Origin: Balanoglossus misakiensis
Lineage: Eukaryota > Animalia > Hemichordata
Direction of reading: 5' to 3'
Assembly (NCBI GenBank): GCA_040954595.2
Contig: JBECUI020000052.1
Span: forward strand, 1-59,818
Length of the DNA: 59,818 bases
Positions 1 to 10,414 of the stretch are shown piece by piece. The position numbers and the translations under genes were made by a program. Under the pieces are notes generated by a model, which searched no databases, was not told the origin of the DNA, and was given only the letters and a program-made list of their open reading frames with translations. Every line of letters starts with the position of its first letter. Within the stretch, counting starts at the first letter, position 1.

Positions 1-1362
1 GAAATCGGACAAATCATACATAGCGATATAATAAGGGTGTTCGGGATTGTAATTTGTCAGAGGCTGCGGATCATCGACATATCCAGCCCTTCTGCATCGG
101 GTTCCTGGATCAGCAGATCCACTGTCACCCAACTCTTTTCGGTACTTGTTGATCAATTCAGTCATTGACTCCACAAGTTCGGGATGATATTCATAGATAT
201 TGTTACTCTCAGCAATGTCGCTACGCAGATTATAGAGCTCCAGAACATCAAGATCTTTCCGTCTGATATGGAGTTTCCAGTCCCCCATCCTTATGGCCTC
301 TATGTGATCGTGACAATAATAGACAAACTCCTGCTGCTCTGTCCTGTCGGATTTACCACGAATATGATCGGTAATATCCACTCCGTCTATGATCCTGTCT
401 TCGGGAATTTTCCCGTCGCAGATACTGGCCAATGTGGGAAGAAAGTCCATAGCGGTACAAAGTTCATCTGATACTGATCCAGCAGGAATCACTCCTGGCC
501 ACTTCATGATACAGGGAACGCGGAAGCCCCCTTCCCAGCTAGACATTTTGCTTCCCCTCAACACACCGTTACTAGAACCGAAATCATTTCTTGATCCATT
601 ATCAGATGTAAAAATAATCAAGGTATTCTCCATGAGTCCCTGTTTTGCCAGTTCATGCATGATGACACCTGTCACCCAGTCCAAGGAGGCTATACAGGCT
701 GCGTAGGGATTGGGACTCTCATCAGCAAAGCGCTTTAATGGGTAGTGGGGAAGATGAACATACATATGAGCCAGATATAAAAAGAAGGGATTAGCCTTAT
801 TAGACCTAATAAACTGGATTGAGTGTTCAAGATACCGTTCGGTAAGAGAGCTTTGGTTGGGCTGTTCTTCTAGAACTTCGCAATTTGAGAGCAGAGGTAA
901 AGGGGGAAAGTCTATTCTCCTCCCCTCTTGCCTTCCCATATCATTGCTATAGGGAAGACCGTAATACTCATCAAATCCGTAATGAATAGGAAGAAATTCT
1001 CTTTGATCACCACAGTGCCATTTCCCGACCATCTTGGTGGCGTAGCCACTTTCCTTCAGTACAGAAGCTATGGTCTTTTCTTCGGGATTCAAGCCTTTGC
1101 CCTGCCCGGGGAACAAGACGATGCCACCATAGAAGTCACAGAAGTCAATGCGTTTAGGATAACAGCCTGTGAGCATAGCGGCCCGGGAAGGAGTACAGAC
1201 AGATGAAGCCATATAAAAATCCCTAAACATCATCCCCTCATCTGCCAGCTGATCTATGTAGGGCGTCTTATTCTCCTGAGATCCATAGCAAGAGAGATCA
1301 CCATAACCCAGATCATCACAGTTTATTAAAATGATATTTGGCTTGTCTTTTAATTCATTCAT
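1..1362 (-). CDS. Cys-type (aryl)sulfatase, 3' end runs off the window
   Basis: Manual translation from ATG at 1362: MNELKDKPNIILINCDDLGYGDLSCYG...FYMASSVCTPSRAAMLTGCYP, with the CxPSR sulfatase signature. It is absent from the ORF track because there is no stop in the window. Confidence 0.92.
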   Translation of the reverse strand, partial: MNELKDKPNIILINCDDLGYGDLSCYGSQENKTPYIDQLADEGMMFRDFYMASSVCTPSRAAMLTGCYPKRIDFCDFYGGIVLFPGQGKGLNPEEKTIASVLKESGYATKMVGKWHCGDQREFLPIHYGFDEYYGLPYSNDMGRQEGRRIDFPPLPLLSNCEVLEEQPNQSSLTERYLEHSIQFIRSNKANPFFLYLAHMYVHLPHYPLKRFADESPNPYAACIASLDWVTGVIMHELAKQGLMENTLIIFTSDNGSRNDFGSSNGVLRGSKMSSWEGGFRVPCIMKWPGVIPAGSVSDELCTAMDFLPTLASICDGKIPEDRIIDGVDITDHIRGKSDRTEQQEFVYYCHDHIEAIRMGDWKLHIRRKDLDVLELYNLRSDIAESNNIYEYHPELVESMTELINKYRKELGDSGSADPGTRCRRAGYVDDPQPLTNYNPEHPYYIAMYDLSDF

Positions 1363-1366
1363 TTTT

Positions 1367-2242
1367 TCATCCCTTAATCCCTTCTGAAACTATTCCCCGA
1401 ATATAATATTTCTGAACACTTAAAAAGATGATGAGTATGGGAAGTATAGACATAAAGGTCGCAGCCATCATAATTTCCCATTGTGTTAAATTTTCCCCAC
1501 GGAAATTAGCCAGGGCAAGCTGTACAGTCTGCATTTCATTACTCGTGGTCATTATCAGCGGATAGAAAAAATTGTTCCACATATGAACTGTTTTAAGAAT
1601 GGTTAAGGTGGCCAGTATAGGTCCACTCAGAGGTAGAAAAATATGGAAATATGTCTGTAATTGTGTTGCGCCATCTAACTTTGCGGCTTCATCAAGAGAC
1701 CTGGGAAAACCTAGATAGAACTGACGACAGAGAAAAATACCAAATGAACCTGAAAGCTCCGGTATGATCAGAGCTGCATAAGAGTTCAGCCACCCTCGTC
1801 CACCCTGTCCCAAAATATTGTTCCCTCCGGCAAAAGGTATGGATTTTAAGATGATGAACTGGGGGATGATTATTGATTGGGGGGGAATCATAATACCAAT
1901 TAGAAAAAATATAAAAATCCAGTTACGCCCCCGAAATTGCAATCTGGCAAAACTGTACCCAGCTAATGAATTAAAAACGAGGCTTCCCAGAACTGCCATA
2001 GTAGTAACAAAGAAGGAATTGAAATAATACCTTCCCCAATTCCCCTTTGAAAGTGCTAGTTTAAAATTCTCAAACTGCCAATATTTGGGAAAGAACTGGA
2101 ACTTCTGAACAATAAGTTCTTCAGGAGTCTTTAATGATGTGAAAAAAATAATGAGTATGGGCATGATAATAAGTAAAGCACTTAATCCCATCAATAAGAA
2201 AAGTGTTATTTTATTTATATATGATTCCTTTTCAATCTGCAT
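1367..2242 (-). CDS. Carbohydrate ABC transporter permease (MalG/UgpE-like)
   Basis: Hydrophobic helices and EAA motif (LDEAAKLDGA). Confidence 0.93.
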   Translation of the reverse strand: MQIEKESYINKITLFLLMGLSALLIIMPILIIFFTSLKTPEELIVQKFQFFPKYWQFENFKLALSKGNWGRYYFNSFFVTTMAVLGSLVFNSLAGYSFARLQFRGRNWIFIFFLIGIMIPPQSIIIPQFIILKSIPFAGGNNILGQGGRGWLNSYAALIIPELSGSFGIFLCRQFYLGFPRSLDEAAKLDGATQLQTYFHIFLPLSGPILATLTILKTVHMWNNFFYPLIMTTSNEMQTVQLALANFRGENLTQWEIMMAATFMSILPILIIFLSVQKYYIRGIVSEGIKG

Positions 2243-3122
2243 CGGCTCCCTCCCCCTTATTGCCGCTTTTAAAGTTAATGAGAGTGATTGTCAGTATGAT
2301 GACTAGAAGAAAAACAGCCTGAGCAGAAGCATAACCCATTTTGTACCCCTGAAATCCATTTTGAAAGATTTGATGAACTATGGTGGTGGTTGAGTTAATC
2401 GGCCCCCCGCCAGTCATGATATACACCTGACCAAAGACCTGAAATGATCTGATGCATGCCATAACAAAAAGGAAAAATGTTGTCGGCCTGAGTAGGGGAA
2501 AGGTAATAGAGAAAAACTGTCTGATTTTTCCAGCACCGTCAATGGTTGAGGCCTCATATAAAGACGCAGAAATCCCCTGAAGTCCCGCCATATAGACAAG
2601 CATATTGAATCCAATTCCGACCCATATACTCATCACAATAACCGAGGGCATGGCCAATTTTATATCCAGTAACCATCCTCTGGATTCTCCTCCTAGAAAT
2701 ATAAGGATGCGGTTGGCTATACCATAAATGGAAGAATCCAGAATATAAGACCAGGCCAAAGCCCCGGCAACAACAGAGATAATATTGGGGAGAAATATAA
2801 TCGTGCGAAATAATGACTTCATTTTGAGCCCTCTGTCTAAAAGAACTGCAAAGAGTAAACCTATGGACATAGAGGGTATTATTGTTCCCAAAGAGAAGCG
2901 AAAAGTATTCCATATAGATTTGATGAAAATACTATCACGCAGCATCTTCACATAATTTCTGCTTCCAACCCACTTTAATGTAAAGAGATTGTAATCAGTA
3001 AAACTCAAAACGAATGTGTATATAAAAGGAATAAAGATAAAAAGGGCATAAATGAGTAGATTCGGTACAATAAAAAGATATCCCATTAGCTCTTCTTCTC
3101 TTTGTGGTTTAAGAAATCTCAT
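2232..3122 (-). CDS. Carbohydrate ABC transporter permease (MalF/UgpA-like)
   Basis: EAA motif (LYEASTIDGA), TM helices, GYASAQA C-terminal motif. Confidence 0.93.
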   Translation of the reverse strand: MRFLKPQREEELMGYLFIVPNLLIYALFIFIPFIYTFVLSFTDYNLFTLKWVGSRNYVKMLRDSIFIKSIWNTFRFSLGTIIPSMSIGLLFAVLLDRGLKMKSLFRTIIFLPNIISVVAGALAWSYILDSSIYGIANRILIFLGGESRGWLLDIKLAMPSVIVMSIWVGIGFNMLVYMAGLQGISASLYEASTIDGAGKIRQFFSITFPLLRPTTFFLFVMACIRSFQVFGQVYIMTGGGPINSTTTIVHQIFQNGFQGYKMGYASAQAVFLLVIILTITLINFKSGNKGEGADAD

Positions 3123-3149
3123 TGGAAACTCCTGTTCTCCTTGCCTGAC

Positions 3150-3182
3150 TAAAGAGGGAATGTCATAATCATTCCCTCTTTA
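3150..3182. terminator. 13-bp stem-loop between SBP and permease genes (partial terminator or mRNA stabiliser)
   Basis: taaagagggaatg-tcataat-cattccctcttta perfect inverted repeat. Confidence 0.6.
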
Positions 3183-3194
3183 CCAAGGAGCATG

Positions 3195-4427
3195 CTATTT
3201 TATTGCATCCAAATAATTGGCTTCCGCTTTGGAAAAGGCCTCTTCCGGAGTCGATTGGCCGTAATAGACTTCCTCTAAAGCCGGACGGAATGTTGTGAGA
3301 AAATCGAAGAAATAGGGATTCATGGAACCATAAGTTCTGCTGTTCTGTAGGGCTTCATACATGACAGGAGCGTGTTCATTCTGCTGTAAAAACCACTCCT
3401 TATTGGACATCCTAGAGGGGATTGTCCCTTCGTTGCTATAGATATACCGTTGGCTCTCTGCAGAGAGGACAAATTTAAGCAGTTCTACTGCAGCTTCAGG
3501 ATTTTTAGAATTGGCGTTAATATTCAGGAAGGTTGCTCCTGACCCAGCAACTCCTCCTGGAGGTACGGCACTGCCTATATTTCCTGGTAATTTCTGCTCA
3601 TATTTAATCCAATTTCCCGAAGAAGTGATTTCCATTGCACTCATCCCATTCTCGAAGGGACCGCCAACAAGGGCATGTTCATCGGTTAGAACAGAGGAAC
3701 CATCCTGAATAAAAGAATTGAGATATTTAATTGCTTCCAGACCAGTTTGAGTATTATATGTAGGTTTGTTTTCCATATTCCACAGAGATTTCCCACCAAG
3801 CATGAGATAAGTGTTAAAAAAGTCTTGTTCCCCGTTGGTTGTGGAAATTTCAAATCCGATCATGGTTCTCTTTCCATCTTCTTTTTTTGATAATAATCGG
3901 GCATATTCCCAAAGTTCCTCAGAAGTTTTAGGAGGCTCTATACCCGCTGCTTCAAAAAGGTCTTTTCGATAAAACATGATTTTGATATCGGGCATCATAA
4001 TGCTCCAATGAGTGCCATCTTTTAGCGATGCTTCGAGAATATTGGCAGGTATATCATCCCATCCATCCCAGCCCTTGAGATAATCATCAAGAGGGAGACA
4101 ATTCCCTGTTGCCTGCACAGGACCCATTTGGCCATAACCCAGTCCAAAAAGATCTGGAGCAAGACCGCCAGCAAATGCAGCGTTCAATTTTGTAAAATAC
4201 TCAGACCAGGGAATCAGAGCGAACTCAACTGACACATCGGGATTTGCATCCTCAAACTGAGTTTTTAAAGTCGTCCAGGTCTTATTGGAATTCTCACCGG
4301 AACCAGGCATCCACAAAACAAGTTCTGAGACCTCATCACGAGATCCCGACTCCTGCTGTCCACTACCGAAGAGACCAGAAGGAAGCACGATGATAGCAAA
4401 TAAGAATAGATAGAAAAGTTTTTTCAT
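3195..4427 (-). CDS. Sugar ABC transporter substrate-binding protein
   Basis: Spirochaete-style signal peptide (LFGSGQQE), family 1 SBP motifs (PDLF, FYRKDLFEAAGI), upstream of two permeases. Confidence 0.92.
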   Translation of the reverse strand: MKKLFYLFLFAIIVLPSGLFGSGQQESGSRDEVSELVLWMPGSGENSNKTWTTLKTQFEDANPDVSVEFALIPWSEYFTKLNAAFAGGLAPDLFGLGYGQMGPVQATGNCLPLDDYLKGWDGWDDIPANILEASLKDGTHWSIMMPDIKIMFYRKDLFEAAGIEPPKTSEELWEYARLLSKKEDGKRTMIGFEISTTNGEQDFFNTYLMLGGKSLWNMENKPTYNTQTGLEAIKYLNSFIQDGSSVLTDEHALVGGPFENGMSAMEITSSGNWIKYEQKLPGNIGSAVPPGGVAGSGATFLNINANSKNPEAAVELLKFVLSAESQRYIYSNEGTIPSRMSNKEWFLQQNEHAPVMYEALQNSRTYGSMNPYFFDFLTTFRPALEEVYYGQSTPEEAFSKAEANYLDAIK

Positions 4428-4523
4428 AAATTACTCCTGTTAATTTGAATTTGAATTAATGTTACCATGATGAATAGAGAAATCTATTAGGTAGAAGTGA
4501 TTATTTATCTGTAATACTGATCA

Positions 4524-5723
4524 TTATACATCGATAAAGATGGAGAATTGATTTCCTCTCTCAATGTATTCACGGGGAGAATAACCAGTATATTTTTTAA
4601 AGATCTGATAAAAATAGGCATAGTTATCCAGGCCGACTTCCCGGCCCGCCTCATTGATCCGATAACGTCCGCTGTACAACAATTCAATAGAATGGGCAAT
4701 CCGAATTCTGGCCAGCAGATCGGTAAAAGTCATGCTGGTTTCTTTTTTCAACAGACGGGAAACATGGGCTCCCGAGATTTGTAATTCTGAGGCCAGATCG
4801 GTCAAAGATATTTTTTTAGGATAATTCTTTTGTAAAAAATTAATCATAAGCATAACTTGAGGAGAGTAATTTTGCTTCTTTTCTTTTTCACTCTCTTCAG
4901 AGAGTTTTTTCTTCTGCAGAAGAATCTCTCTGTATGCAGTCTTTAAATCAAACCAGTTTTCGTAAGTATCACTAAGCAGCAAGGTTTCATTATTCTCCAA
5001 AAGATTTTTACCTGCTAATCCACTAAACTTAATAAAATCATCAGAATGCACAACAGCGAGATACTGCTGATCAATGAGAAAAAAATCCACATTCAGAGAA
5101 TATAGTTGTTTTAGACGCTCAGAAAAGCGCTGAAAAAACTGTTTTTGATGCAGGGTATTTGCCCCGCCGTTATAGGCATATAATCGGAATCTCGCCTTCT
5201 TATGCAGAAAATGGGAATCACTTCTGAGAAAAGGCATAAAATCTTCACTGGCCAGAATAATATCTCTGAAAAACTTGATTCTACCATCTGGTAAGAGTTC
5301 ACTAATCTGCTGCTCAAGATTCTTTCTGTGATTTTCATCCCGTTTTACCTGCTCAATCTTACAAACAGCCCGTTTAAGGCTGTTTGTAATTTCCCGGTTG
5401 CTCAGTGGTTTGAGAACAAGATCAATAGCACCTTCACGCAGGGCTCTACGGGCATAGTTAAACTCGTCAAAACCGGTAATGATAATGAATTGAATTCCTG
5501 AAAACTTCTGTTTGCCCCAGGTCAGAAGATCCAGTCCGTTCAGACCAGGCATTCTGATATCGGAAATAACAATGCCCGGGTTTTGGTCCTCAATTTCGAT
5601 TCTAGCCATATCGCCATCGTGAACGCAAAAGGGATCAGAACATCCAATATTCTTCCAATCGATAGTTTTTGACAGGGATTCACAGACCAGAGGATTATCA
5701 TCGACTATGATAACTTTAATCAT
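4524..5723 (-). CDS. YesN-like response regulator (REC + AraC HTH)
   Basis: IVDD...SDIRMPGLNG receiver domain; C-terminal AraC motif YFYQIFKKYTGYSPREY. Confidence 0.92.
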   Translation of the reverse strand: MIKVIIVDDNPLVCESLSKTIDWKNIGCSDPFCVHDGDMARIEIEDQNPGIVISDIRMPGLNGLDLLTWGKQKFSGIQFIIITGFDEFNYARRALREGAIDLVLKPLSNREITNSLKRAVCKIEQVKRDENHRKNLEQQISELLPDGRIKFFRDIILASEDFMPFLRSDSHFLHKKARFRLYAYNGGANTLHQKQFFQRFSERLKQLYSLNVDFFLIDQQYLAVVHSDDFIKFSGLAGKNLLENNETLLLSDTYENWFDLKTAYREILLQKKKLSEESEKEKKQNYSPQVMLMINFLQKNYPKKISLTDLASELQISGAHVSRLLKKETSMTFTDLLARIRIAHSIELLYSGRYRINEAGREVGLDNYAYFYQIFKKYTGYSPREYIERGNQFSIFIDV

Positions 5724-7539
5724 TTGATTCTCCCGTCATATTCAGGGGAATTGTTATGTGAATCGTAGTTCCAATATTCTCCTCACTTCGAATATCCAGA
5801 TGAGTTTCTCCACCATATAATAATTTTAATCTTTTAAGGGAGCCACTCAAACCGATATGTCTTTCTTCCGAGGGATTCGTTCCCATTTCAATTAAAAGCT
5901 TCCCCAGTTTTTTAGGTCCCATCCCCTTACCGTTATCGGAAACTTCCATTATGAGAAACTTACTATCCGATGATCTATAGATGGAAATTATTATGAGCCC
6001 CCCCTCTTTCATCTCCTCCAGACCGTGTTTAATGGCATTTTCAACAAGCGGCTGAAGGATAAATTTGGGGATTCGTCTTTCTAATAAAGATCTATCAAGA
6101 TCCCATTCAACTGTAAATCTTTCCCCGAAAAGTGTTTTATATAGGAAAAGGTAATCCTCAATATAGGCTATCTCCTCCATCACCGTAATCTCATCTTGGC
6201 CTGTTCGAACATTCTTACGGAAGAGACGTGCCAGAACCGATATCATTTCACAAATCTCTTCTTGTCCCTTTAATTTGGCCATGCTGTTTATTGATTCGAG
6301 AATATTAAATAGGAAATGAGGATTGATCTGGGCCTGCAGAGCTGTATATTCAGCTTTAATGGCTTTGATTTCCTGCTGAGCCAATTTTTTTATGGAATTA
6401 TCGAGATTTTCACTCATGCTGTTAAAGGCCATCCCCAATTCTCCAATCTCATCGCGGCCCAGCATGACGACTCTGGCATCCCAATGCCCTTTCTCGATAA
6501 AGTGAATCCTTTCTATCAGTATAGAGAGTCTGTTGGTCAGAGACAGGGAAAAGGAGAATGAGGCCAGAAATGACAGGAAAAATGCGAGAAGAGCAATCAG
6601 AATCATAAAAAGTTTCATAAGCCTGACATCCCTATACAGTTCATCCAACGAAATGGTATGAGAAATGTAGAGACGCCTGTCATCAAAGGAGGACCATGTA
6701 ACTAGATAAACCGAATCCGATATGCTGTGAATCCCCGATTCTGTAAAACCCTGCAGCAATTTCCTCTGAAGATATGGATGAATAGACCATTGCAAAAGGG
6801 GATCATTGCTGTACACAAAGTCATGTTCCCTGTTGTAGATGAGAATATCCCCCCCTCTCAAAGCATTATAATCTTCAAAAAAATTTTCCATGTAATTCAA
6901 AGAAACACCACAGACCAATACCCCCATAGGATCAAGGGTAAATTCCTTGAATATGGCCCTTGCTACGTAAATCAAATCGGGTGATGAGCTGAGAGAAAAC
7001 CAGAAACCCTCGCCCCAATAATCAAAAATTCTACTCTCATTTTCTTTCAGGAAGGGAATAATCCTTTTTTCTCCCTCCTTGGTTTTAAAATTATAGCTAT
7101 TTTTACCATAGATCTCTCCTGATGAAGAGAGATAAAAGACTTCATTAAAACCGACAAAGGGATAGAGAAGATTGAGCATCATATCTTCAATTCTAACTTT
7201 CATTGTCATTTCATCTTTTATATCAATTTGGGATTTTTCATTTATAGTACTGAATAACCTCTGTTTTATCTGTTCGGAGATTTTCTCCTCCAAACGACTG
7301 GTTAAGAGAGAAATACTGGTTTTCATTTGAATTGCTGCATTGGAAGAGTAAATCCGGCTTTTTTCTGTAATTGTTTTTTTCAGATACAAATAAATGGGAA
7401 TCGAAATCAGGCTAAGAGAGATAAGAGAAAGAACCATGAACAGAGCAAATATCTTGTATCGGATCTTCAGTTTCTGCCACATCTTCCTTCCAAAAGACAG
7501 GGCTGAAATTAGGGTATGGATAAGCATATAAGACCTCAA
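5716..7539 (-). CDS. YesM-like sensor histidine kinase
   Basis: Two TM segments, HAMP (DEIGELGMAFNSM), LQAQINPHFLFN, LQPLVENAIKHG, VSDNGKG. Confidence 0.93.
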   Translation of the reverse strand: MRSYMLIHTLISALSFGRKMWQKLKIRYKIFALFMVLSLISLSLISIPIYLYLKKTITEKSRIYSSNAAIQMKTSISLLTSRLEEKISEQIKQRLFSTINEKSQIDIKDEMTMKVRIEDMMLNLLYPFVGFNEVFYLSSSGEIYGKNSYNFKTKEGEKRIIPFLKENESRIFDYWGEGFWFSLSSSPDLIYVARAIFKEFTLDPMGVLVCGVSLNYMENFFEDYNALRGGDILIYNREHDFVYSNDPLLQWSIHPYLQRKLLQGFTESGIHSISDSVYLVTWSSFDDRRLYISHTISLDELYRDVRLMKLFMILIALLAFFLSFLASFSFSLSLTNRLSILIERIHFIEKGHWDARVVMLGRDEIGELGMAFNSMSENLDNSIKKLAQQEIKAIKAEYTALQAQINPHFLFNILESINSMAKLKGQEEICEMISVLARLFRKNVRTGQDEITVMEEIAYIEDYLFLYKTLFGERFTVEWDLDRSLLERRIPKFILQPLVENAIKHGLEEMKEGGLIIISIYRSSDSKFLIMEVSDNGKGMGPKKLGKLLIEMGTNPSEERHIGLSGSLKRLKLLYGGETHLDIRSEENIGTTIHITIPLNMTGESND

Positions 7540-7629
7540 TCAACATTATGTATACAAAAAATAAAGAGTAGGGTACACAAAGACAACGACGAAAGCATTC
7601 TGGTTTCTTGGTAAGATTTCATCCAATTA

Positions 7630-7760
7630 TAGGATGTTGTTATCCTTAATACGAACAAGATCAATTTTACTAGAGACATCAATCCCAGTTATTCCTGGAG
7701 CAGGTCTCTTAAATCTTACTGGCAATCTCTATTCGCCTGCATCTTCTTTAGTGTTTTTGA
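7630..7760 (+). mobile_element. Highly degenerate remnant of the same rve-type IS seen at 13133-13677 and 16198-17076
   Basis: ttcctggagcaggtctcttaaatcttactggcaatctctattcgcctgc resembles ttcatggagtaggttcttgaaatctcattggcagtccttatgtgcatgc ([15 protein letters not shown]). Confidence 0.55.
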
Positions 7761-7841
7761 AGAACTGTATCCTGGCTCGTATGTGATACACGACAACTCT
7801 ATGATGAGCCCATATATCCGACCAGCTATTGAAGACTGTGG

Positions 7842-7880
7842 ATCACCTTACTTTAATCATCAATATTAAAGTAAGGTGAT
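7842..7880. terminator. 16-bp inverted repeat just downstream (minus strand) of the tRNA fragment; probable terminator
   Basis: atcaccttactttaat-N7-attaaagtaaggtgat. Confidence 0.55.
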
Positions 7881-7936
7881 TTTCAACGAGACAACAATTT
7901 GATGATGAGTTCAAGGTTGCTAAGGGTCTAATCTGT

Positions 7937-7988
7937 TGCGGCAGAGAGGATTTGAACCTCCACGAGCTAATGCTCACTAGCCCCTCAA
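7937..7988 (-). repeat. att site: 52-bp duplicate of the 3' part of tRNA-Leu(GAG)
   Basis: Identical to 17340-17391; runs from the discriminator base to the anticodon loop. Confidence 0.95.
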
Positions 7989-8097
7989 TTTGGCGAGTGT
8001 CCTTATGTCGTCCATACACAGCTATAGAGAGCTGTATTTCAGGGCTAGTGCCTTTAAGAATATATGTCTTCTCGGTTTATATAATAAAGGCATCATT

Positions 8098-8370
8098 TCA
8101 GGAAGCCTTCGACTTATGATGTTTTGTTTGATCGCCTACTCCTAAAATGAGCCCCTCGACACTGATATCCTCATCTAGCTCATCCCAATGAATACCCTTA
8201 CCACCTCCGCTGACTTCAAATAGATCTCTCTGTTCTTTTGTAGCATTAAGCAGTCGAGGAAAATATGATAAAGGTGTTGCGAGCTGACGTCCATCAGAAA
8301 GTGTTACCCAAAGATAATCATCATCAAGCCAGATTTTTTGAGCTGATACTGGTTTAATTAAAGTACTCAT
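8098..8370 (-). CDS. DUF2442 family protein (putative antitoxin)
   Basis: LSDGR...PLSYFPRL...GIHWDELDEDISVEGL. Confidence 0.88.
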   Translation of the reverse strand: MSTLIKPVSAQKIWLDDDYLWVTLSDGRQLATPLSYFPRLLNATKEQRDLFEVSGGGKGIHWDELDEDISVEGLILGVGDQTKHHKSKAS

Positions 8371-8596
8371 TCCACTTCTCCTCGATAAGTTCTTTCTTTT
8401 CTATTACGATATTCTCTATTTCATTCAATTCCTTCCCGGAAAATCCCCAGGAATCGGAAAGGGAGACATATGGCGAAAGCCACAGCTTCGCTTCATTTCC
8501 GGCCCTCCGAACATGAATATGGCATCTCTCCCTTGGATTACCCTCGTTTGAATAGAAGAAGAACTTATATCCATTGATCTCTAAAACTTTCGGCAT
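8354..8596 (-). CDS. DUF4160 family protein (putative toxin partner of DUF2442)
   Basis: MPKVLEINGYKFFFYSNE...HIHVR...AKLWL; overlaps the DUF2442 gene. Confidence 0.88.
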   Translation of the reverse strand: MPKVLEINGYKFFFYSNEGNPRERCHIHVRRAGNEAKLWLSPYVSLSDSWGFSGKELNEIENIVIEKKELIEEKWNEYFN

Positions 8597-8618
8597 AGTT
8601 TAATATACTACAGTTCTG

Positions 8619-8864
8619 ATGCTTGTGAAATTACATATAATGGATTTTGACTATACAAAGAATATCAGGAAATTGGCTCGGATAACAAGAAACTACACCA
8701 CGGGCTCAACGTTTAAGATGATTTATCTGGCAATAGAACAGGCTTCAAGGAAATGGTCTATGCCACTTCGGAACTGGAAGCCTGCCATGAATAGATTCGC
8801 CATCGATTATGAAGGGCGGTTCTGATATAGAAAATGAGCTTTACACAGAAAATTTCACAGGCTC
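8619..8864 (+). mobile_element. IS256-family transposase C-terminal remnant with right terminal IR
   Basis: KMIYLAIEQASRKWSMPLRNWKPAMNRFAIDYEGRF, then ttacacagaaaatttcacaggctc (8841-8864), a typical IS256 end. Confidence 0.8.
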
Positions 8865-8911
8865 ATAATGACAATCTTTAAGCTTCTTTCTCTTCTTGGT
8901 GGATTGGCAAT

Positions 8912-8938
8912 CTCGTAATGACAATAAATTACAGCCAA
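8912..8938 (+). repeat. Orphan copy of the 27-bp IS terminal repeat
   Basis: ctcgtaatgacaataaattacagccaa; 25/27 identical to the reverse complement of 14335-14361. Confidence 0.7.
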
Positions 8939-8965
8939 TCCTGGTTTATTGAGAAAATACAAAGG

Positions 8966-10403
8966 CTATCTGCTTAAAATCTCATGAGACTTTTTAAGCA
9001 GCTCCTCATTTTGATCAGCCAGCTTGCTGTAGACCTTTTCGTTGATCTCTTTGTAGAGCGAAACATTTTCCTCGATGGGTTCGAATGTGTCACGCTTTCT
9101 CACCATTCTCTCGATGGCTTCCTGCCTGTCTTTATAAATTCCTAGAGCCAAGGCTGTGCAGATAGCTGCGCCCATGCTGGCCGAACCGTTTACAACATTC
9201 CTGTGAGCAGGAACCCCGAATACATCGGCGAAAATCTGCATGAAAAGATCTCCGTTGGATCCTCCGCCGCTGACGATGATGCTCGAGAGTTCCACTCCTC
9301 TTTCGTCGCACATGGCCTAGGCATGAGTTTTCATGGTCATAGCAATCCCCTCCAGTACGGACCGGAACATATGGGATCCCTTGTGAGTGTCATTGAAACC
9401 AATAATCATCCCCCGTTGATGAAGGTGGGTAGGATGCGCCAGCCAGTGCGGTACAGTATACAAGCCGTCGCACCCAACCGGGACTTTGGCTCCCAGTTCG
9501 TTGAGATAAGATTCAGGAGAGATTCCCCGTTTCTCCGCGTCCAGAACTATATCACTGCCAAGAAGCTCTTTAATCCATGAGACAGTCGCCATGCCGCATC
9601 TGATTCCCCTGCTCTCGTAGAGGAATTCTCCAGGAACTGCTCCCGGGTTGCTCCAGTAGTTTATCGTATCGCTGCGGTTCTCATCACCGATCATCATGGA
9701 TGTGATATAGGTTCCCAGAGAGACCAGCACCGTGCCGTCATTTTCCAATCCGGCTCCCAGTCCTTCTACAGCTTTGTCATTGGAGGTGGAGACCACCGGA
9801 GTCCCGACGGGAATTCCCGTCGCTTTGCTTGCGAATTCGTTGACCGAACCCAATACCGAGGATGGATCGACTAACTCAAACAGCATCTCTTTGGGAGTGG
9901 TATAGGAATCGAATGTATCCTTGTCTTCAAACCAGTCCAGAGTCTGGGTATCAATGGGCCAGGGACCGACATAATTGCATCGGGTATCTTTAGTTTCACC
10001 GGTCATACGGTGAGTGAGATAACCGGTTGTCGTTGTAACATACCGCACCGCATCATTTTCGTGCTCGTAAGGTCTGGACAGTCTCAGATCCATCCAGCTC
10101 TGTAGGGGGAGATGCGAGATTGCCGTCCTCTCCGATCAATGCGCGGCAACATCTGATCGAACCGAGGCCCACTCCCACAATATCCTTTCTATTGCCGTGG
10201 AATTTATTGAACATTCCCTGGCAGGCTTCCTTCAGACTGTCCCAGAGGTCGTCTTCGGGATGTTCAACTCTGCTGCTTCTGTAGAAGTCCATCGGTCTGA
10301 GTTTTACCGAATGGAAACAGATTTCCATACCGACAGTATCAAATATGGCGACTTTCGTACTCTGTGTTCCGCCATCTATGGCTATTATGTATTTGTTTTT
10401 CAT
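8966..10403 (-). pseudogene. ygcE: FGGY sugar kinase (YgcE-like), with a frameshift at ~10105 and an in-frame TAG at 9317-9319
   Basis: Three consecutive ORF pieces match E. coli YgcE motifs (IDGGTQSTKV, GLGSIRCCRAL, SGGGSNGDLFMQIFADVF); extra base in a G5 run and KTHA*AM stop. Confidence 0.85.
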
Positions 10404-10414
10404 CCCCTTCCCCC

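Noticed and set aside
184-1206. Three plus-strand ORFs at the window start
   Set aside because: Antisense to the sulfatase gene.
7937-7988. Second functional tRNA-Leu
   Set aside because: It lacks the 5' acceptor strand, D-arm and 5' anticodon stem; it is an att remnant.
9317-9319. Pyrrolysine or programmed read-through of TAG in ygcE
   Set aside because: No pyl genes are seen, the gene also has a frameshift, and its operon is IS-truncated; a simple nonsense mutation fits better.
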